Positions 28,882 through 39,627 of a stretch of DNA of 64,000 nt are shown one piece after another (position 1 is the stretch's first letter; every line of letters starts with the position of its first letter). Under the pieces are notes generated by a model that searched no databases, had not been told where the DNA came from, and saw only the letters and a list, made by a program, of their open reading frames with translations. Both the position numbers and the translations under genes were made by a program. The stretch is from Candidatus Heimdallarchaeota archaeon (lineage in GTDB: Archaea; Asgardarchaeota; Heimdallarchaeia; Heimdallarchaeales; Heimdallarchaeaceae): positions 32,001-96,000 of the forward strand of contig JABCTC010000002.1 of the NCBI GenBank assembly GCA_018238545.1, written 5' to 3'.

Positions 28882-29976
28882 CTATGTCAAGATATATTTC
28901 AATCTATTTTGTTCTATTGCTTTCTTTATCTCCATGCTCACTCTTTTTCCTGAAGAAGTTGGTTGTCCCCAATAAACTGCCGAATATTGACTACCAATTC
29001 CCATAAAACTATTTGTTCCTCCACCCATTCTTGTGGATACATCAAAGACGATAAATTCATAATCTTTAGTAATCATCGTTTGTAAGGCAAACGGCCCTAT
29101 CATCCCTGGAGGATACAGATGCTTTGTTGCTTCAACAAAACGGTCACTCATGGGGTAAACATGTCTTAACATTGATTCTCTTAAGGTAACAGCATAGTTT
29201 CCAATTTCTTTCATTTCTTCATCGAATCCCAGCTTGATTTGCTGATTAGCTGGTAGTCTTACAATTCCATCCAAGTCAGTAACAAATCTTCTGTCTATGC
29301 CTAATAATTCTGATCTTTTGAATAATGGAGAATAGAAGAAGTTAAAATTGAAAGTAACTCCAGAAATGAATTCTTCAATAGATGCCTCGTGTAAATCTTC
29401 TTCAAGAATTGTTCCATTTTCTATTCGTTTTTCCAGTTCTTCCTCAAAATCCTCACGATTCTTAGCAACAAAGAATCCTCTCTCTACTCTCTGTTTTGCA
29501 TGATGAATCTTACATATGACAGGTCCATCGATTTCTTTAGCATTCTTGTAAACTTTTGGGTATCGAATGTTAGCTTCTTCAAGTATTCTGTAGTAGTTGT
29601 GAAATCCTGTTCTCTCTTCAGTCTTCAATAATTCCCGACTACCAAAAATAGGTACTTTGAATTCTTTTTCGATTCTATTGAATCCACAATAAACAACAAA
29701 GGATCTGTTAGGAATAAAGATACAACTCTTCTCGATTAATTGTTCTTGAATATCAAAAATATCTGAAAAATTGTCAACTACAATCATGTCATCAATAATT
29801 CGCGTATATCTATTGTAGGGTTCTTCTCTCCCCTTTTCTATAATAACAGCTGTTTTGAATCCGACTCGTTTAGCTCCATCTAGAACATCTAAAGCCGAAT
29901 GTGACCCTATTACTCCAATAGTTATTTCTTCTTGATTGTAGTTGTTTAATACATCTGTAATCATTTTATCACCCAA
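28882..29976 (-). CDS. purP: PurP-like protein (second PurP paralogue, ERGFF type)
   Basis: GSHSALDVLDGAK, PNRSF, ERGFF, GPFALQ, DVSTRMGGG. Confidence 0.88.
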   Translation of the reverse strand: MGDKMITDVLNNYNQEEITIGVIGSHSALDVLDGAKRVGFKTAVIIEKGREEPYNRYTRIIDDMIVVDNFSDIFDIQEQLIEKSCIFIPNRSFVVYCGFNRIEKEFKVPIFGSRELLKTEERTGFHNYYRILEEANIRYPKVYKNAKEIDGPVICKIHHAKQRVERGFFVAKNREDFEEELEKRIENGTILEEDLHEASIEEFISGVTFNFNFFYSPLFKRSELLGIDRRFVTDLDGIVRLPANQQIKLGFDEEMKEIGNYAVTLRESMLRHVYPMSDRFVEATKHLYPPGMIGPFALQTMITKDYEFIVFDVSTRMGGGTNSFMGIGSQYSAVYWGQPTSSGKRVSMEIKKAIEQNRLKYILT

Positions 29977-29981
29977 ATCCG

Positions 29982-30761
29982 TTAAGCGTCCTCTGGATAA
30001 GATTTTAACACTTTGAATGGAATTCTATTGAGTTCTGTTATCTTTCCCCAATGCTTTCCAACACCTGTAAGGATTATTACCTTGACTGGAACACCACTTG
30101 AACGACGAACAAGTTCAACTAAGGCTTTTTGAGTCGATCCTGACCTAATTACGTCATCCACAATCAATACTCGTTCATCATGTTTAATAAATTTCTCGGG
30201 AAGATAAATTGTTTCAATTCTTCCAGAAGTCATAGATTGAATGTCCTCAGCTATACATTCGGTTGACCCCAAAGGTTTTTTCCTACGGGCATAAACACAA
30301 TCTATGTTAAGTAGATGTGCTAGTGTCATTGCAACAGGTATTCCATCCACTTCAGCTGTAATTATCTTATCAACATCTCTTGGGATAATACCTTGTTGAA
30401 TGGCTAAAAATAGAATAGCTTTCAGTGTTTTTGAATCATTCAGTAAGTAAGTATTATTTACAGCTGTATTGCCAAAATTATCTGTCCATTCTCGAATATG
30501 ACTCCCAATTAAATCTTTGATAGTTAAACCTAAATCTTTGTTTTCTATCAATACCTTGAGAATCTCACTTTTCAATTTTGATTTGGGCAAGGCTTTTCCA
30601 TTAATGTATCGTGATAGATTTGCAATAGATACTTCTACATTTGATTTAGCTAAATAATCTTTCATAGATTCCAATGTATCAAAACCTTTGAAAGCCATTT
30701 TTAGAAGATTAAGAGTCATCAACTTTTCTTGAGCATCAATATAACTTTCCGCAGAACTCAT
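29982..30761 (-). CDS. HTH-phosphoribosyltransferase regulator (PurR-like)
   Basis: N-terminal HTH (SIANLSRYINGKALP) plus PRT domain (TAEVDGIP, LIVDDVIRSGST); located inside the pur cluster, divergent from purC. Confidence 0.8.
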   Translation of the reverse strand: MSSAESYIDAQEKLMTLNLLKMAFKGFDTLESMKDYLAKSNVEVSIANLSRYINGKALPKSKLKSEILKVLIENKDLGLTIKDLIGSHIREWTDNFGNTAVNNTYLLNDSKTLKAILFLAIQQGIIPRDVDKIITAEVDGIPVAMTLAHLLNIDCVYARRKKPLGSTECIAEDIQSMTSGRIETIYLPEKFIKHDERVLIVDDVIRSGSTQKALVELVRRSSGVPVKVIILTGVGKHWGKITELNRIPFKVLKSYPEDA

Positions 30762-30859
30762 TGATACAACGTTTTCTTTTCAAGTATTATATTTTTGGTT
30801 TAACACTAGACTTATATTAAAACTGCAGTAAAACTTCGTTGTGTTTTTAAGTAATTTAT

Positions 30860-30890
30860 AAAGACCAATTTGCATTACATTACAAATGAC
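30860..30890. promoter_or_regulatory. Candidate purine-regulon operator, copy 2
   Basis: AAAGACCAA-N14-CAAATGAC, 99 nt upstream of the regulator start (30761), in the divergent regulator/purC spacer. Confidence 0.6.
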
Positions 30891-31054
30891 CCTGTCACCC
30901 AGTCTGATTAATCTTCATGGCTATTTTCAAACAATATATATTTTTCACGTGTTCTAACTGCGCTTAGTCGCAATATTTATTAATGCTGTCCTTTATTGGT
31001 TGCAGATACAACTATCTGATAATTTGCAGTATGGTGTAAAATGGGGCATTTGCG

Positions 31055-32056
31055 TTGGTATCGTATTCGGGGAAAGCAAAAGATGTTATAGTACTGAATG
31101 ATGGAGAAGTTCAGATTAATTTTCGAGATTCAATATCTGCTTTTGATGGTGTTAAGAAAGAAGAGTTAGCTGAGAAAGGAATAACTAACTGTCTTACATC
31201 AGTAAAGCTATTTGAAATACTAAATGATTATGGATTTAATACACATTTCATATCGAAAATAAATGATTCACAATTACTTTGTAAGAAAGTAACAATATTG
31301 CCTGTTGAAGTTATATGCAGAAATATAAGCGCTGGAAGTTTTTGCAAAAGATATGGGTTTGAAGAAGGTATTAAGTTCAAACAACCGTTAATCGAGTTTT
31401 TCGTGAAGGATGACGAACACCACGACCCCCTCATAACAGAGTCAGTTGCTGTTCAAATGAAACTCATTACAAAGGATGAAGCAATTTTATTAGAAGCTAT
31501 TACAAGAGCAGTAAATGAAATTTTGCTAAAAATATTTGATTTGATTTCTTTACAACTTGTAGATTTCAAACTAGAATTTGGAAGAACAACTGAAGGTCAA
31601 TTATTACTCGCAGATGAGATTTCTGCAGATACCATGAGATTATGGGAGAAAAAAACAGGGGAGAAGAAAGACAAGGATAGGTATAGGCAAGATCTTGGAG
31701 ATGTTATAGTTCATTATAAAGATATTTTGGAGCGATTAAATTCTATTCAGAAGCTTCCTGAATATAAACCTTTGAGTACAGTTCAGGTGATTATAAAATT
31801 AAGAAAATCTGTTCTTGATCCTGCTGGTGAAGTGATATTTCGTTCTCTTTCCAGAAAAGGATTCAAAAGAATTGAATCAGTGAGATTGGGTAAAAGTGCA
31901 GAGATTGTTTTCAATACAGTACCTTCATCTGATTTACAATCAGAGATAGAAGAGATATCAGAAAAGATCCTTTCTAATCCTATAATTGAGGATTTTGAAT
32001 TGAAGATACAACATCATTCAGAAAAAAGCGAAAAAGAACACTTTCAAGAAGAATAG
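31055..32056 (+). CDS. purC: SAICAR synthetase fused to C-terminal PurS
   Basis: SGKAK, FRDSISAFDG, EVICRN, VDFKLEFG, ADEISADTMRLW, DKDRYR; then a PurS domain VIIKLRKSVLDPAGE...VRLGK...LSNPIIEDF. Confidence 0.92.
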   Translation: MVSYSGKAKDVIVLNDGEVQINFRDSISAFDGVKKEELAEKGITNCLTSVKLFEILNDYGFNTHFISKINDSQLLCKKVTILPVEVICRNISAGSFCKRYGFEEGIKFKQPLIEFFVKDDEHHDPLITESVAVQMKLITKDEAILLEAITRAVNEILLKIFDLISLQLVDFKLEFGRTTEGQLLLADEISADTMRLWEKKTGEKKDKDRYRQDLGDVIVHYKDILERLNSIQKLPEYKPLSTVQVIIKLRKSVLDPAGEVIFRSLSRKGFKRIESVRLGKSAEIVFNTVPSSDLQSEIEEISEKILSNPIIEDFELKIQHHSEKSEKEHFQEE

Positions 32057-32064
32057 GTGACGGT

Positions 32065-32751
32065 ATGCAAATAGGGGTTACCAAATTTCCAGGAACTAAC
32101 AATGAACAAGATGTTCTTAGAGCTTTGAAAAGTTTAAATGTCAAAGGAGAACTAATCTATCCCTGGGAAGAAAAGAAGCTGGAAGATTTGGATGCTTTAG
32201 TTCTAGCAGGTGGATTTTCTTATGGAGATTATCTCAGACCTGGGGGTATTGCTGCTCAATCTCCAGTTGCAGAAAAACTTATCGATTTTGAGAAAAATGG
32301 TAAGTTTATCATAGGAATATGTAATGGATTCCAAATATTATGTGAAACAAAAATTCTTCCAGGTGTACTGACAACTAATCTATCAACTAAATTTATCTGT
32401 AAGTGGGTAAATATTAAAACTGAGACTGCCCGCAGTCCCCTTTTAAAGAACTTAGCTCCAATAATAAAGATCCCTATTGCTCATTATGAAGGTAGATACT
32501 ATCATAATGCTAGTGGGATTAAGAAAATTAATACTGAAGATTCTGTAGCTTTTAGATATTGTAACGAACAAGGTGAAATTACTCAAGAAAGTAATCCCAA
32601 TGGATCGATGGAAAATATCGCTGGAATTGTAAATGCCAAAGGTAATATTTTAGGCATGATGCCACATCCTGAACGAGCTAGTTTTGATTATTTAGGAACG
32701 GATTTCGGGAAACAAATTTTTGTAAATCTAATAGAGGAAATAAAATGCTAA
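32065..32751 (+). CDS. purQ: FGAM synthase glutaminase subunit
   Basis: FPGTN, GGFSYGDYLR, GICNGFQIL, NPNGS, MMPHPER. Confidence 0.96.
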   Translation: MQIGVTKFPGTNNEQDVLRALKSLNVKGELIYPWEEKKLEDLDALVLAGGFSYGDYLRPGGIAAQSPVAEKLIDFEKNGKFIIGICNGFQILCETKILPGVLTTNLSTKFICKWVNIKTETARSPLLKNLAPIIKIPIAHYEGRYYHNASGIKKINTEDSVAFRYCNEQGEITQESNPNGSMENIAGIVNAKGNILGMMPHPERASFDYLGTDFGKQIFVNLIEEIKC

Positions 32752-34922
32752 CAACAGAAGAATATAGTAGAATTCTTGATGTATTAGAAAGAGAGCCCAA
32801 TAAGGGAGAAGTAGCTGTTTTTGAAGCTATGTGGTCTGAACATTGCTCTTACAAATCTTCAAAGAGATGGTTCCACCTATTCAATGTAAAAGCCCCATAT
32901 GTCGAACTTGGGATTGGAGAAGGTGCTGGTTTAATAAATCTTGGAGATGATTTACTTGTTGGAATAGGGTTAGAAAGCCATAATCATCCGTCTGCAATCT
33001 CACCCTATGATGGTGCGGCAACAGGTGTTGGAGGAATTATTAGAGATATATTATCTCAAGGTTGCAAACCTATTGCAATTCTAGATGCTATTAGATTTGG
33101 GGAATTAGAAAAATCTCAACACTCTCAGTATCTCTTAGAGAACGTTGTTCGAGGTATTTCGTTTTATGGTAATTGCTGTGGAATTCCTACAGTTGGAGGA
33201 GAGGTAGAGTTTGCACCACAATTTGAAAATAATTGTTTGGTAAATGCAATGTGTGTAGGGGTGGTTCAGAAAAGCAAAGTGGTGAGAAGTATAGCTGCAA
33301 AACCAGGTTCATTTCTTGTTCTTTATGGAGCAAGAACTGGAAGAGATGGAATTCATGGTGTTTCTTTTGCTTCCAAGGATTTGAGTGATAAAAGCGATAG
33401 AGATCGACCTGCAGTGCAAATCGGAGATCCTTTAATGGAGAAAATACTTATTGATGTTACTTTGGAGTTAGTAGAAAAAGAACTCTTAGATGGATTACAA
33501 GATTTAGGAGGAGGGGGATTGAGTTGCGCAGTATCTGAAATGACACACAAAGGAAATACTGGAGCAATAATCAGGTTGGAAGATATACACCTTCGGGAGG
33601 ATGACATGGAACCTTGGGAAATATTAGTTTCTGAATCTCAAGAAAGAATGTTAGCAGTAGTAGAATGTGATAAGTTAGATGAAGTTGTAAGTATTCTAAA
33701 CAGACAAGATTTGACCTATGGAGTAATTGGTGAAGTTACAGATAATAGTCATTGTATTGCGTATTCTAGAGGAGAAAAAATTGTTGATTTACCAGTGGAC
33801 TTGATAGTAGATGGGTTCCCAGAACCGGAGAGAATCACTGAAAAACCAGATTACCTAAAAGAAGAAGATTCCGTTGTACCTGATTTTGAAGATTTAAATC
33901 AAGAAATTATCAAGCTTTTATCCTCTCCAAATATTGGAAGCAAAGCCTGGGTATATCAACAATATGATCAACATGTTCAAACGCAAACAGTAGTTCCTGC
34001 TGGTTCTGATGCAGCTGTATTGAGACTTGATAATGGAAAACATATTGCGCTCTCATTAGATTGCAATTCATTTATGGTTTATCTTGATCCATATAATGGA
34101 ACTGCAAACAGTGCAGCTGAAGCGATGAGAAATTTGATTGCAACTGGAGCTAAACCATTAGCATTTGTAGATTGCTTAAATTTTGGCAACCCAGAAAATC
34201 CTGATTCTTATTGGCAATTCGTAGAATCAATAAAGGGTTTAGGGCAGTTCTCACACGATTTTAATATCCCTGTTGTTGGTGGAAATGTTTCATTGTATAA
34301 TGAAAGCTTCATCGAGGATAAGAGAGAAAGAATCAACCCTTCACCAACAATAGGTATGATTGGTATAATTGAAAACCCTGAAAAACTGATTAAAAACAGC
34401 TTTCAAGAAAAAGGAAATTTTGTAGTGACTATCGGAGAGTGTGACGGCAATCTTAATGGTTCAGAATTTTTAAGAAATAATTTTGGTATTCTTCAAGGCA
34501 AAATATCACAATATGATAAACAGAAAGAAGTATCTTCTCGAAAAGCAATTGAAAATTTAAATCAATCTGGATATATTAAGAGCTGTCACGATGTCTCTAA
34601 TGGAGGTCTAATTACAGCTTTAGCTGAAATGACTTTCGAAAATGAAATCGGTGTAAAATTAGATCTTTTAGAAAATGATTCCTTTATAAAACTCAAACTA
34701 GAAGAATTTCTTTTTGCTGAAACACCTTCTAGATATGTTATAGAAATACATTCAGAGCATATTGAAAGTGCAACTAAAATAATTGAAGGTAAGGTTTCTT
34801 TCAATATTATTGGGAAAACTAATTCTCAACCAAAAATAGAAATAGAGAACTTTCTAATATTGGAGATTAAACAACTGAAAAATGCGTGGAACAAGGCTAT
34901 TTCACAATATATGGAGGATTAA
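32745..34922 (+). CDS. purL: FGAM synthase subunit PurL (small type)
   Basis: [53 protein letters not shown]. Confidence 0.96.
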   Translation: MLTTEEYSRILDVLEREPNKGEVAVFEAMWSEHCSYKSSKRWFHLFNVKAPYVELGIGEGAGLINLGDDLLVGIGLESHNHPSAISPYDGAATGVGGIIRDILSQGCKPIAILDAIRFGELEKSQHSQYLLENVVRGISFYGNCCGIPTVGGEVEFAPQFENNCLVNAMCVGVVQKSKVVRSIAAKPGSFLVLYGARTGRDGIHGVSFASKDLSDKSDRDRPAVQIGDPLMEKILIDVTLELVEKELLDGLQDLGGGGLSCAVSEMTHKGNTGAIIRLEDIHLREDDMEPWEILVSESQERMLAVVECDKLDEVVSILNRQDLTYGVIGEVTDNSHCIAYSRGEKIVDLPVDLIVDGFPEPERITEKPDYLKEEDSVVPDFEDLNQEIIKLLSSPNIGSKAWVYQQYDQHVQTQTVVPAGSDAAVLRLDNGKHIALSLDCNSFMVYLDPYNGTANSAAEAMRNLIATGAKPLAFVDCLNFGNPENPDSYWQFVESIKGLGQFSHDFNIPVVGGNVSLYNESFIEDKRERINPSPTIGMIGIIENPEKLIKNSFQEKGNFVVTIGECDGNLNGSEFLRNNFGILQGKISQYDKQKEVSSRKAIENLNQSGYIKSCHDVSNGGLITALAEMTFENEIGVKLDLLENDSFIKLKLEEFLFAETPSRYVIEIHSEHIESATKIIEGKVSFNIIGKTNSQPKIEIENFLILEIKQLKNAWNKAISQYMED

Positions 34923-34924
34923 AA

Positions 34925-35335
34925 ATGATTGACATTATAGCAGGAAGTAAAAGTGATGAAAAGATTGTTCAGAAAGCAGTCACGATTTTAGAAAAGTATG
35001 ACACATCATTCAATGTATATTATATCTCAGCTCACAGAGACCATGATAAATTGGTAGAGACAATTAAAACATCTTCAGCGGATATATTCATCTGTATAGC
35101 TGGTTTAGCAGCTGCTCTACCTGGAGTTGTAGCATCGTTAACTGACAAACCTGTAATAGGGGTCCCTGTTTCTGCTGCCTTAAATGGATTAGATGCATTA
35201 CTGTCTATGGTTCAAATGCCTAAAGGGGTACCAGTTGCAACCGTAGGAATTGATAATGGTCAAAATGCTGCTCATTTAGCTGTTAGAATTTTACAATTAA
35301 AAAGAAAGGAAGGAATAAGTGAAAAGAATGACTAA
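34925..35335 (+). CDS. purE: AIR carboxylase / N5-CAIR mutase PurE
   Basis: [35 protein letters not shown]; likely ATG start 34925. Confidence 0.93.
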   Translation: MIDIIAGSKSDEKIVQKAVTILEKYDTSFNVYYISAHRDHDKLVETIKTSSADIFICIAGLAAALPGVVASLTDKPVIGVPVSAALNGLDALLSMVQMPKGVPVATVGIDNGQNAAHLAVRILQLKRKEGISEKND

Positions 35336-36365
35336 AAATACAAAACCTCCTTCAACATATGCAGAAGCTGGAATTGATTTGTCGTTAGAAGCTCAAATTC
35401 TAAAAACAATCAACTATTATGTGAAAAAATCCTTTCAATTTGGTGATGTTGTTGCAAAGGAAGGACATTACGCAAATATGATTAAATTAGGTGATATCGG
35501 TTTAGCTTTAACTTCAGATGGGGTTGGTACTAAATTACTTATTGCTCAAGATGTAGGGAAACTTGACACAATAGGAATCGACTGTGTAGCAATGAATGTT
35601 AATGATTTACTTTCAATGGGAATTCCTCCAAAAGCATTTGTTGATTATTTAGCAATATCTGAATTGAATAAATCGCAGATTGAAGCGATAATTTCTGGAA
35701 TTTACAAAGGCTGCGAACTGTCGGGCATTCCCTTATTAGGTGGAGAGCTAGCAACTGTACCAGAGTTGTTGGTTGATAAGAAAAATGCTTTTGATATCGC
35801 AGGAACTGCCTTGGGAATAGTTTCTCTTGATAGTGTTATTGATGGGTCAAAAATTAAACCTGGTGACTCTGTTATAGGGATCACAAGCAGTGGATTACAT
35901 TCAAATGGATATACTATTGTAAGAAAAATACTTTCAATCAAATACACACTAAGTGAAAGTTTTCCATGGGGAAGAGAAGTATTCGAAGAACTCTTGGAAC
36001 CAACGAGGATTTATGTTAAAGCAATACTAGATCTTATAGAAAATTGTTCAGTGTCAGGTTTAGCTCACATTACTGGGGGTGGTCTTAAGAAATTATTCAG
36101 ATTAACTGATTATGGTTTTGAATTGACTAATTTCCCAAAACCATTGAATATATTTGAGGAAATTCGTATATTGGGTAAAATTTCTTTCCAAGAGATGTTT
36201 TCAATTTTCAACATGGGAATTGGTTTTGTTGTTGTTGTTCCAAAAGAAGAGGAAGAGAAAGCACTTGAAACATTAAATAAACATTTCAAAACCATCAGAA
36301 TCGGAGAAATAGTTGAAGATCCATTAGTATCTATTTCTAAGTATAATGTGTTATTTACAAGGTGA
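35319..36365 (+). CDS. purM: AIR synthetase
   Basis: [50 protein letters not shown]. Confidence 0.96.
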   Translation: MKRMTKNTKPPSTYAEAGIDLSLEAQILKTINYYVKKSFQFGDVVAKEGHYANMIKLGDIGLALTSDGVGTKLLIAQDVGKLDTIGIDCVAMNVNDLLSMGIPPKAFVDYLAISELNKSQIEAIISGIYKGCELSGIPLLGGELATVPELLVDKKNAFDIAGTALGIVSLDSVIDGSKIKPGDSVIGITSSGLHSNGYTIVRKILSIKYTLSESFPWGREVFEELLEPTRIYVKAILDLIENCSVSGLAHITGGGLKKLFRLTDYGFELTNFPKPLNIFEEIRILGKISFQEMFSIFNMGIGFVVVVPKEEEEKALETLNKHFKTIRIGEIVEDPLVSISKYNVLFTR

Positions 36366-36366
36366 A

Positions 36367-36972
36367 ATGATGAAAGTAGCTGTTCTAATATCTGGAAGAG
36401 GCTCTAATCTTCAGGCAATACTTAAAGCTGAAAATAATAAGAAGTTAGGCAATGCTGAAATTAACTTGATTGTCAGCAGTAACCCCAATGCAGCAGGTTT
36501 AGAATTTGCAAAAAATTATAACAAATACACAATTGTTCTTGATCCAAAGAACCATGCTGATAAAACTAAATATGATTCCAAATTAAAATCTATATTGCTT
36601 GAAAATAATATTGAATTGATAGTTTTAGCCGGGTTTATGAGAGTTTTATCACATTCATTTGTTGACTATTTTAAGAACCAAATTATCAATATTCACCCAT
36701 CCTTACTCCCAGCTTTTCCGGGTTTAAATATTCATGAAAGGGTATTAGACTATGGAGTGAAATATTCTGGATGTACAGTTCATTTTGTGAATGCAGAAAT
36801 TGATGGAGGGCCTATCATTGCCCAAAGAGTGGTTGAAGTGTTAGATGGGGATTCACCTGATTCATTAGCAGCCAGAATTTTAGTCAAAGAACATATTCTG
36901 CTACCAGAAGTGATTAAGAAAATTTCAGAAAAGAAGATTAGTGTAAATCAAAGACGAGTGAAGGTAAATTAA
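36367..36972 (+). CDS. purN: Folate-dependent GAR transformylase
   Basis: SGRGSNLQA, LAGFMRVL, NIHPSLLP, GCTVHFV, DGGPII, EH; likely start 36367 or 36370. Confidence 0.95.
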   Translation: MMKVAVLISGRGSNLQAILKAENNKKLGNAEINLIVSSNPNAAGLEFAKNYNKYTIVLDPKNHADKTKYDSKLKSILLENNIELIVLAGFMRVLSHSFVDYFKNQIINIHPSLLPAFPGLNIHERVLDYGVKYSGCTVHFVNAEIDGGPIIAQRVVEVLDGDSPDSLAARILVKEHILLPEVIKKISEKKISVNQRRVKVN

Positions 36973-36973
36973 G

Positions 36974-38371
36974 ATGTGCGGTGTTTTAGGTATAAATGGA
37001 CCAACAACACTTGGTCAAGGTAAAGTTTTGCTTCAAATGCTTACACATAGAGGACAAGATGCAAGTGGAATTGGATGGATTGAAGAAAAAACAAGCAATA
37101 TTAAAATTATAAAGAAAGATAGTTATCCAGATTTGCTAGAATTAGATGAAACTAAAGAAACTTCTAATTTAATTGGATCTACAAGATATCCTACATTTGG
37201 AACAAGAACTGATAGTTCTAATATAGAAAAATATGCACAACCTTTTACCTTCAAAACCAAGAATGGAACATTAGTAATAGTACACAATGGAAATATCACC
37301 AATATTCATAGTATAACAACTAAAAGCTATGAAAGTGATACAGAATTCATTGTTGAGTTTCTTGGAAGTTTACTAAATAAAACTCAAGGAAATCTAAATG
37401 AATCAGTCAAAATGTTTATGGAAAAAGTGGATGGAAGCTATTCAATTATAGGGACGTTGGATGAAACACAATTTTCTTTCAGGGATCCAAGGGGTATAAG
37501 ACCTTTGGTAATTGGACGGAACGAAAATATTACTGTTATTAGTTCAGAAAGTGTTGTTCTTCAAAATCTTGGTATTGAAAATATTAGAGATATCCAACCT
37601 GGAGAATTAATTGTTTGCAAAGAACAAGATATCCAGAGTTTTCAGATTTTAGTAAAAGATCATGCACACTGCATGTTTGAGTATGTTTACTTTGCTAATC
37701 CATGTTCAATTATCGAAGAGCGACTAGTTTATGATGTTAGGTTGGATTTAGGAAAGGAACTAGGATTAAGAATAAAGGAGAATAATCTGGAAATTGATTA
37801 TGTTGTTCCTGTTCCTGATACTTCAAGACCTGCAACACAAGGTGTATCCGAAGTATTGAATATACCTGTACGAGAAGCCATTATCAAGAACAGATATCTT
37901 CAACGTACCTTTATCATGAAAAGCAAACAAGAACGAACAAAAGTTGCTAAAAGCAAATATCTCTATACAGCTAAATATATCAAAAATAAAAACATCCTGG
38001 TTGTTGATGATTCAATAGTTCGAGGTTTGACAAGTCAAAAAATCGTCAAGGATTTAAGAAAACTAGGAGCTAATAAGATATATTTTGCAGTAACTTGTCC
38101 TGCAATAAGATTTGCTTGTTATTATGGTATAGATTTTCCAACTGATGAAGAATTGATTGCTTCAGGTCACACAGTAGAAAAAATCAAGGAAGTTCTTGAT
38201 GTTGATGGAGTATTTTATCAGAGTATTGATTCATTAAAAACTGCAATCGGTTTCTCTGATTTATGTACTGCTTGTTTATCTGGAAGTTATCCAACTCCTT
38301 ATGCTCAAGAAATTAGAATCAAGTATTTGAACGGCGAATTAAAAGGTAGAAGTCATTATGAAGAGGTCTAA
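36974..38371 (+). CDS. purF: Amidophosphoribosyltransferase
   Basis: N-terminal MCG, HRGQD, HNGN, CMFEYVYF, VDDSIVRG, CYYGID, CTAC. Confidence 0.95.
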   Translation: MCGVLGINGPTTLGQGKVLLQMLTHRGQDASGIGWIEEKTSNIKIIKKDSYPDLLELDETKETSNLIGSTRYPTFGTRTDSSNIEKYAQPFTFKTKNGTLVIVHNGNITNIHSITTKSYESDTEFIVEFLGSLLNKTQGNLNESVKMFMEKVDGSYSIIGTLDETQFSFRDPRGIRPLVIGRNENITVISSESVVLQNLGIENIRDIQPGELIVCKEQDIQSFQILVKDHAHCMFEYVYFANPCSIIEERLVYDVRLDLGKELGLRIKENNLEIDYVVPVPDTSRPATQGVSEVLNIPVREAIIKNRYLQRTFIMKSKQERTKVAKSKYLYTAKYIKNKNILVVDDSIVRGLTSQKIVKDLRKLGANKIYFAVTCPAIRFACYYGIDFPTDEELIASGHTVEKIKEVLDVDGVFYQSIDSLKTAIGFSDLCTACLSGSYPTPYAQEIRIKYLNGELKGRSHYEEV

Positions 38372-38373
38372 AA

Positions 38374-39627
38374 ATGTCTGATAAGGTTCTGTTAATAGGT
38401 AATGGTGCAAGAGAGCATGCAATAGCGAAAAAAATTGTAGAAAATGGGGGGGCCTTATATTCTTATATGTCAAGAGAAAATCCTGGGATAGCTGATTTAT
38501 CCAAAAAATTCCGTATTGGTAAACTCGATGATTTCACTAAACTAAAGAAATATAGAAATGTCGATTATGCAATTGTAGGGCCTGAAAACCCCCTTTCTGA
38601 AGGCATAACTAATTACTTGGAAGATAAACTAAAAATACCAACTTGTGGTCCAAGAAAAGAAGTAGCAAAAATAGAGTCGAGCAAGATTTTTACTCGATAT
38701 TTACTTGATGCATATGATATACCAGGAAATATTCCTTATACGATTTGCAGATCAATTGATGATTTAGAAGATGCTATTCACGAATTTGGCTTGGAAATAG
38801 TTATTAAACCAGATGGTTTAACTGGAGGGAAAGGTGTAAGAGTTCATGGAGATCATTTCACCTGTTTTAAGGGTGTGAGAGATTACGCAAAACAATTACT
38901 AGCTCAGGATACAGAATTTCTTGTTGAAGAAAAGATTAAAGGAAAAGAGTTTTCATTACAAGTTTTTACTGATGGAAAATCGATAACTCCTATGCCATTG
39001 GTTCGAGATTATAAAAGGGCCTACAATGGAGAAAAAGGACCAAATACTGGATCTATGGGTTCGTATAGCTTACCTTCTCATGATTTGCCGTTTTTGTCAG
39101 AGAAGGATATCCAATCTGCGATTGGAATTTTAGGGAAAACAATTAATGCACTGAAAAAGGAAACTGGAACTGATTATAAGGGAATATTATATGGTCAATT
39201 CATGAAAACAAATGGCAAAATTCATGTGATTGAATTCAATGTAAGATTTGGTGATCCTGAAGCTATTAACGTTTTAAAACTTCTCAAAACAGATTTCAAT
39301 TTAATCGCTCAACAAATAATTGATGGGACTCTTGGTAGAACAGAATTTTCTAATCAAGCTACTGTCTGTACATACCTTGTTCCAAAGGGATATCCAACGG
39401 ATCCTAAAGAGAATAGACCTATCAAAGTTGATACTAACATGAATGCTGATTTATACTATGCTTCAGTATTTAGAGAAAAAAAAGAAATCAAAACAACAAA
39501 AAGTAGAGCTATTGCAATAATTGAAACAGGGTCAAATCTAGAAGAAGCAAAACAAAAAATTAATGATAATATAACAAAAATAAAAGGAGATCTCTTCTAT
39601 AGGAATGATATAGGCGTTCTTTTATAA
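38374..39627 (+). CDS. purD: Phosphoribosylamine-glycine ligase
   Basis: GNGAREHA, GPE, ESSK, GLTGGKGV, DYKR, GPNTGSMG, EFNVRFGDPE. Confidence 0.96.
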   Translation: MSDKVLLIGNGAREHAIAKKIVENGGALYSYMSRENPGIADLSKKFRIGKLDDFTKLKKYRNVDYAIVGPENPLSEGITNYLEDKLKIPTCGPRKEVAKIESSKIFTRYLLDAYDIPGNIPYTICRSIDDLEDAIHEFGLEIVIKPDGLTGGKGVRVHGDHFTCFKGVRDYAKQLLAQDTEFLVEEKIKGKEFSLQVFTDGKSITPMPLVRDYKRAYNGEKGPNTGSMGSYSLPSHDLPFLSEKDIQSAIGILGKTINALKKETGTDYKGILYGQFMKTNGKIHVIEFNVRFGDPEAINVLKLLKTDFNLIAQQIIDGTLGRTEFSNQATVCTYLVPKGYPTDPKENRPIKVDTNMNADLYYASVFREKKEIKTTKSRAIAIIETGSNLEEAKQKINDNITKIKGDLFYRNDIGVLL

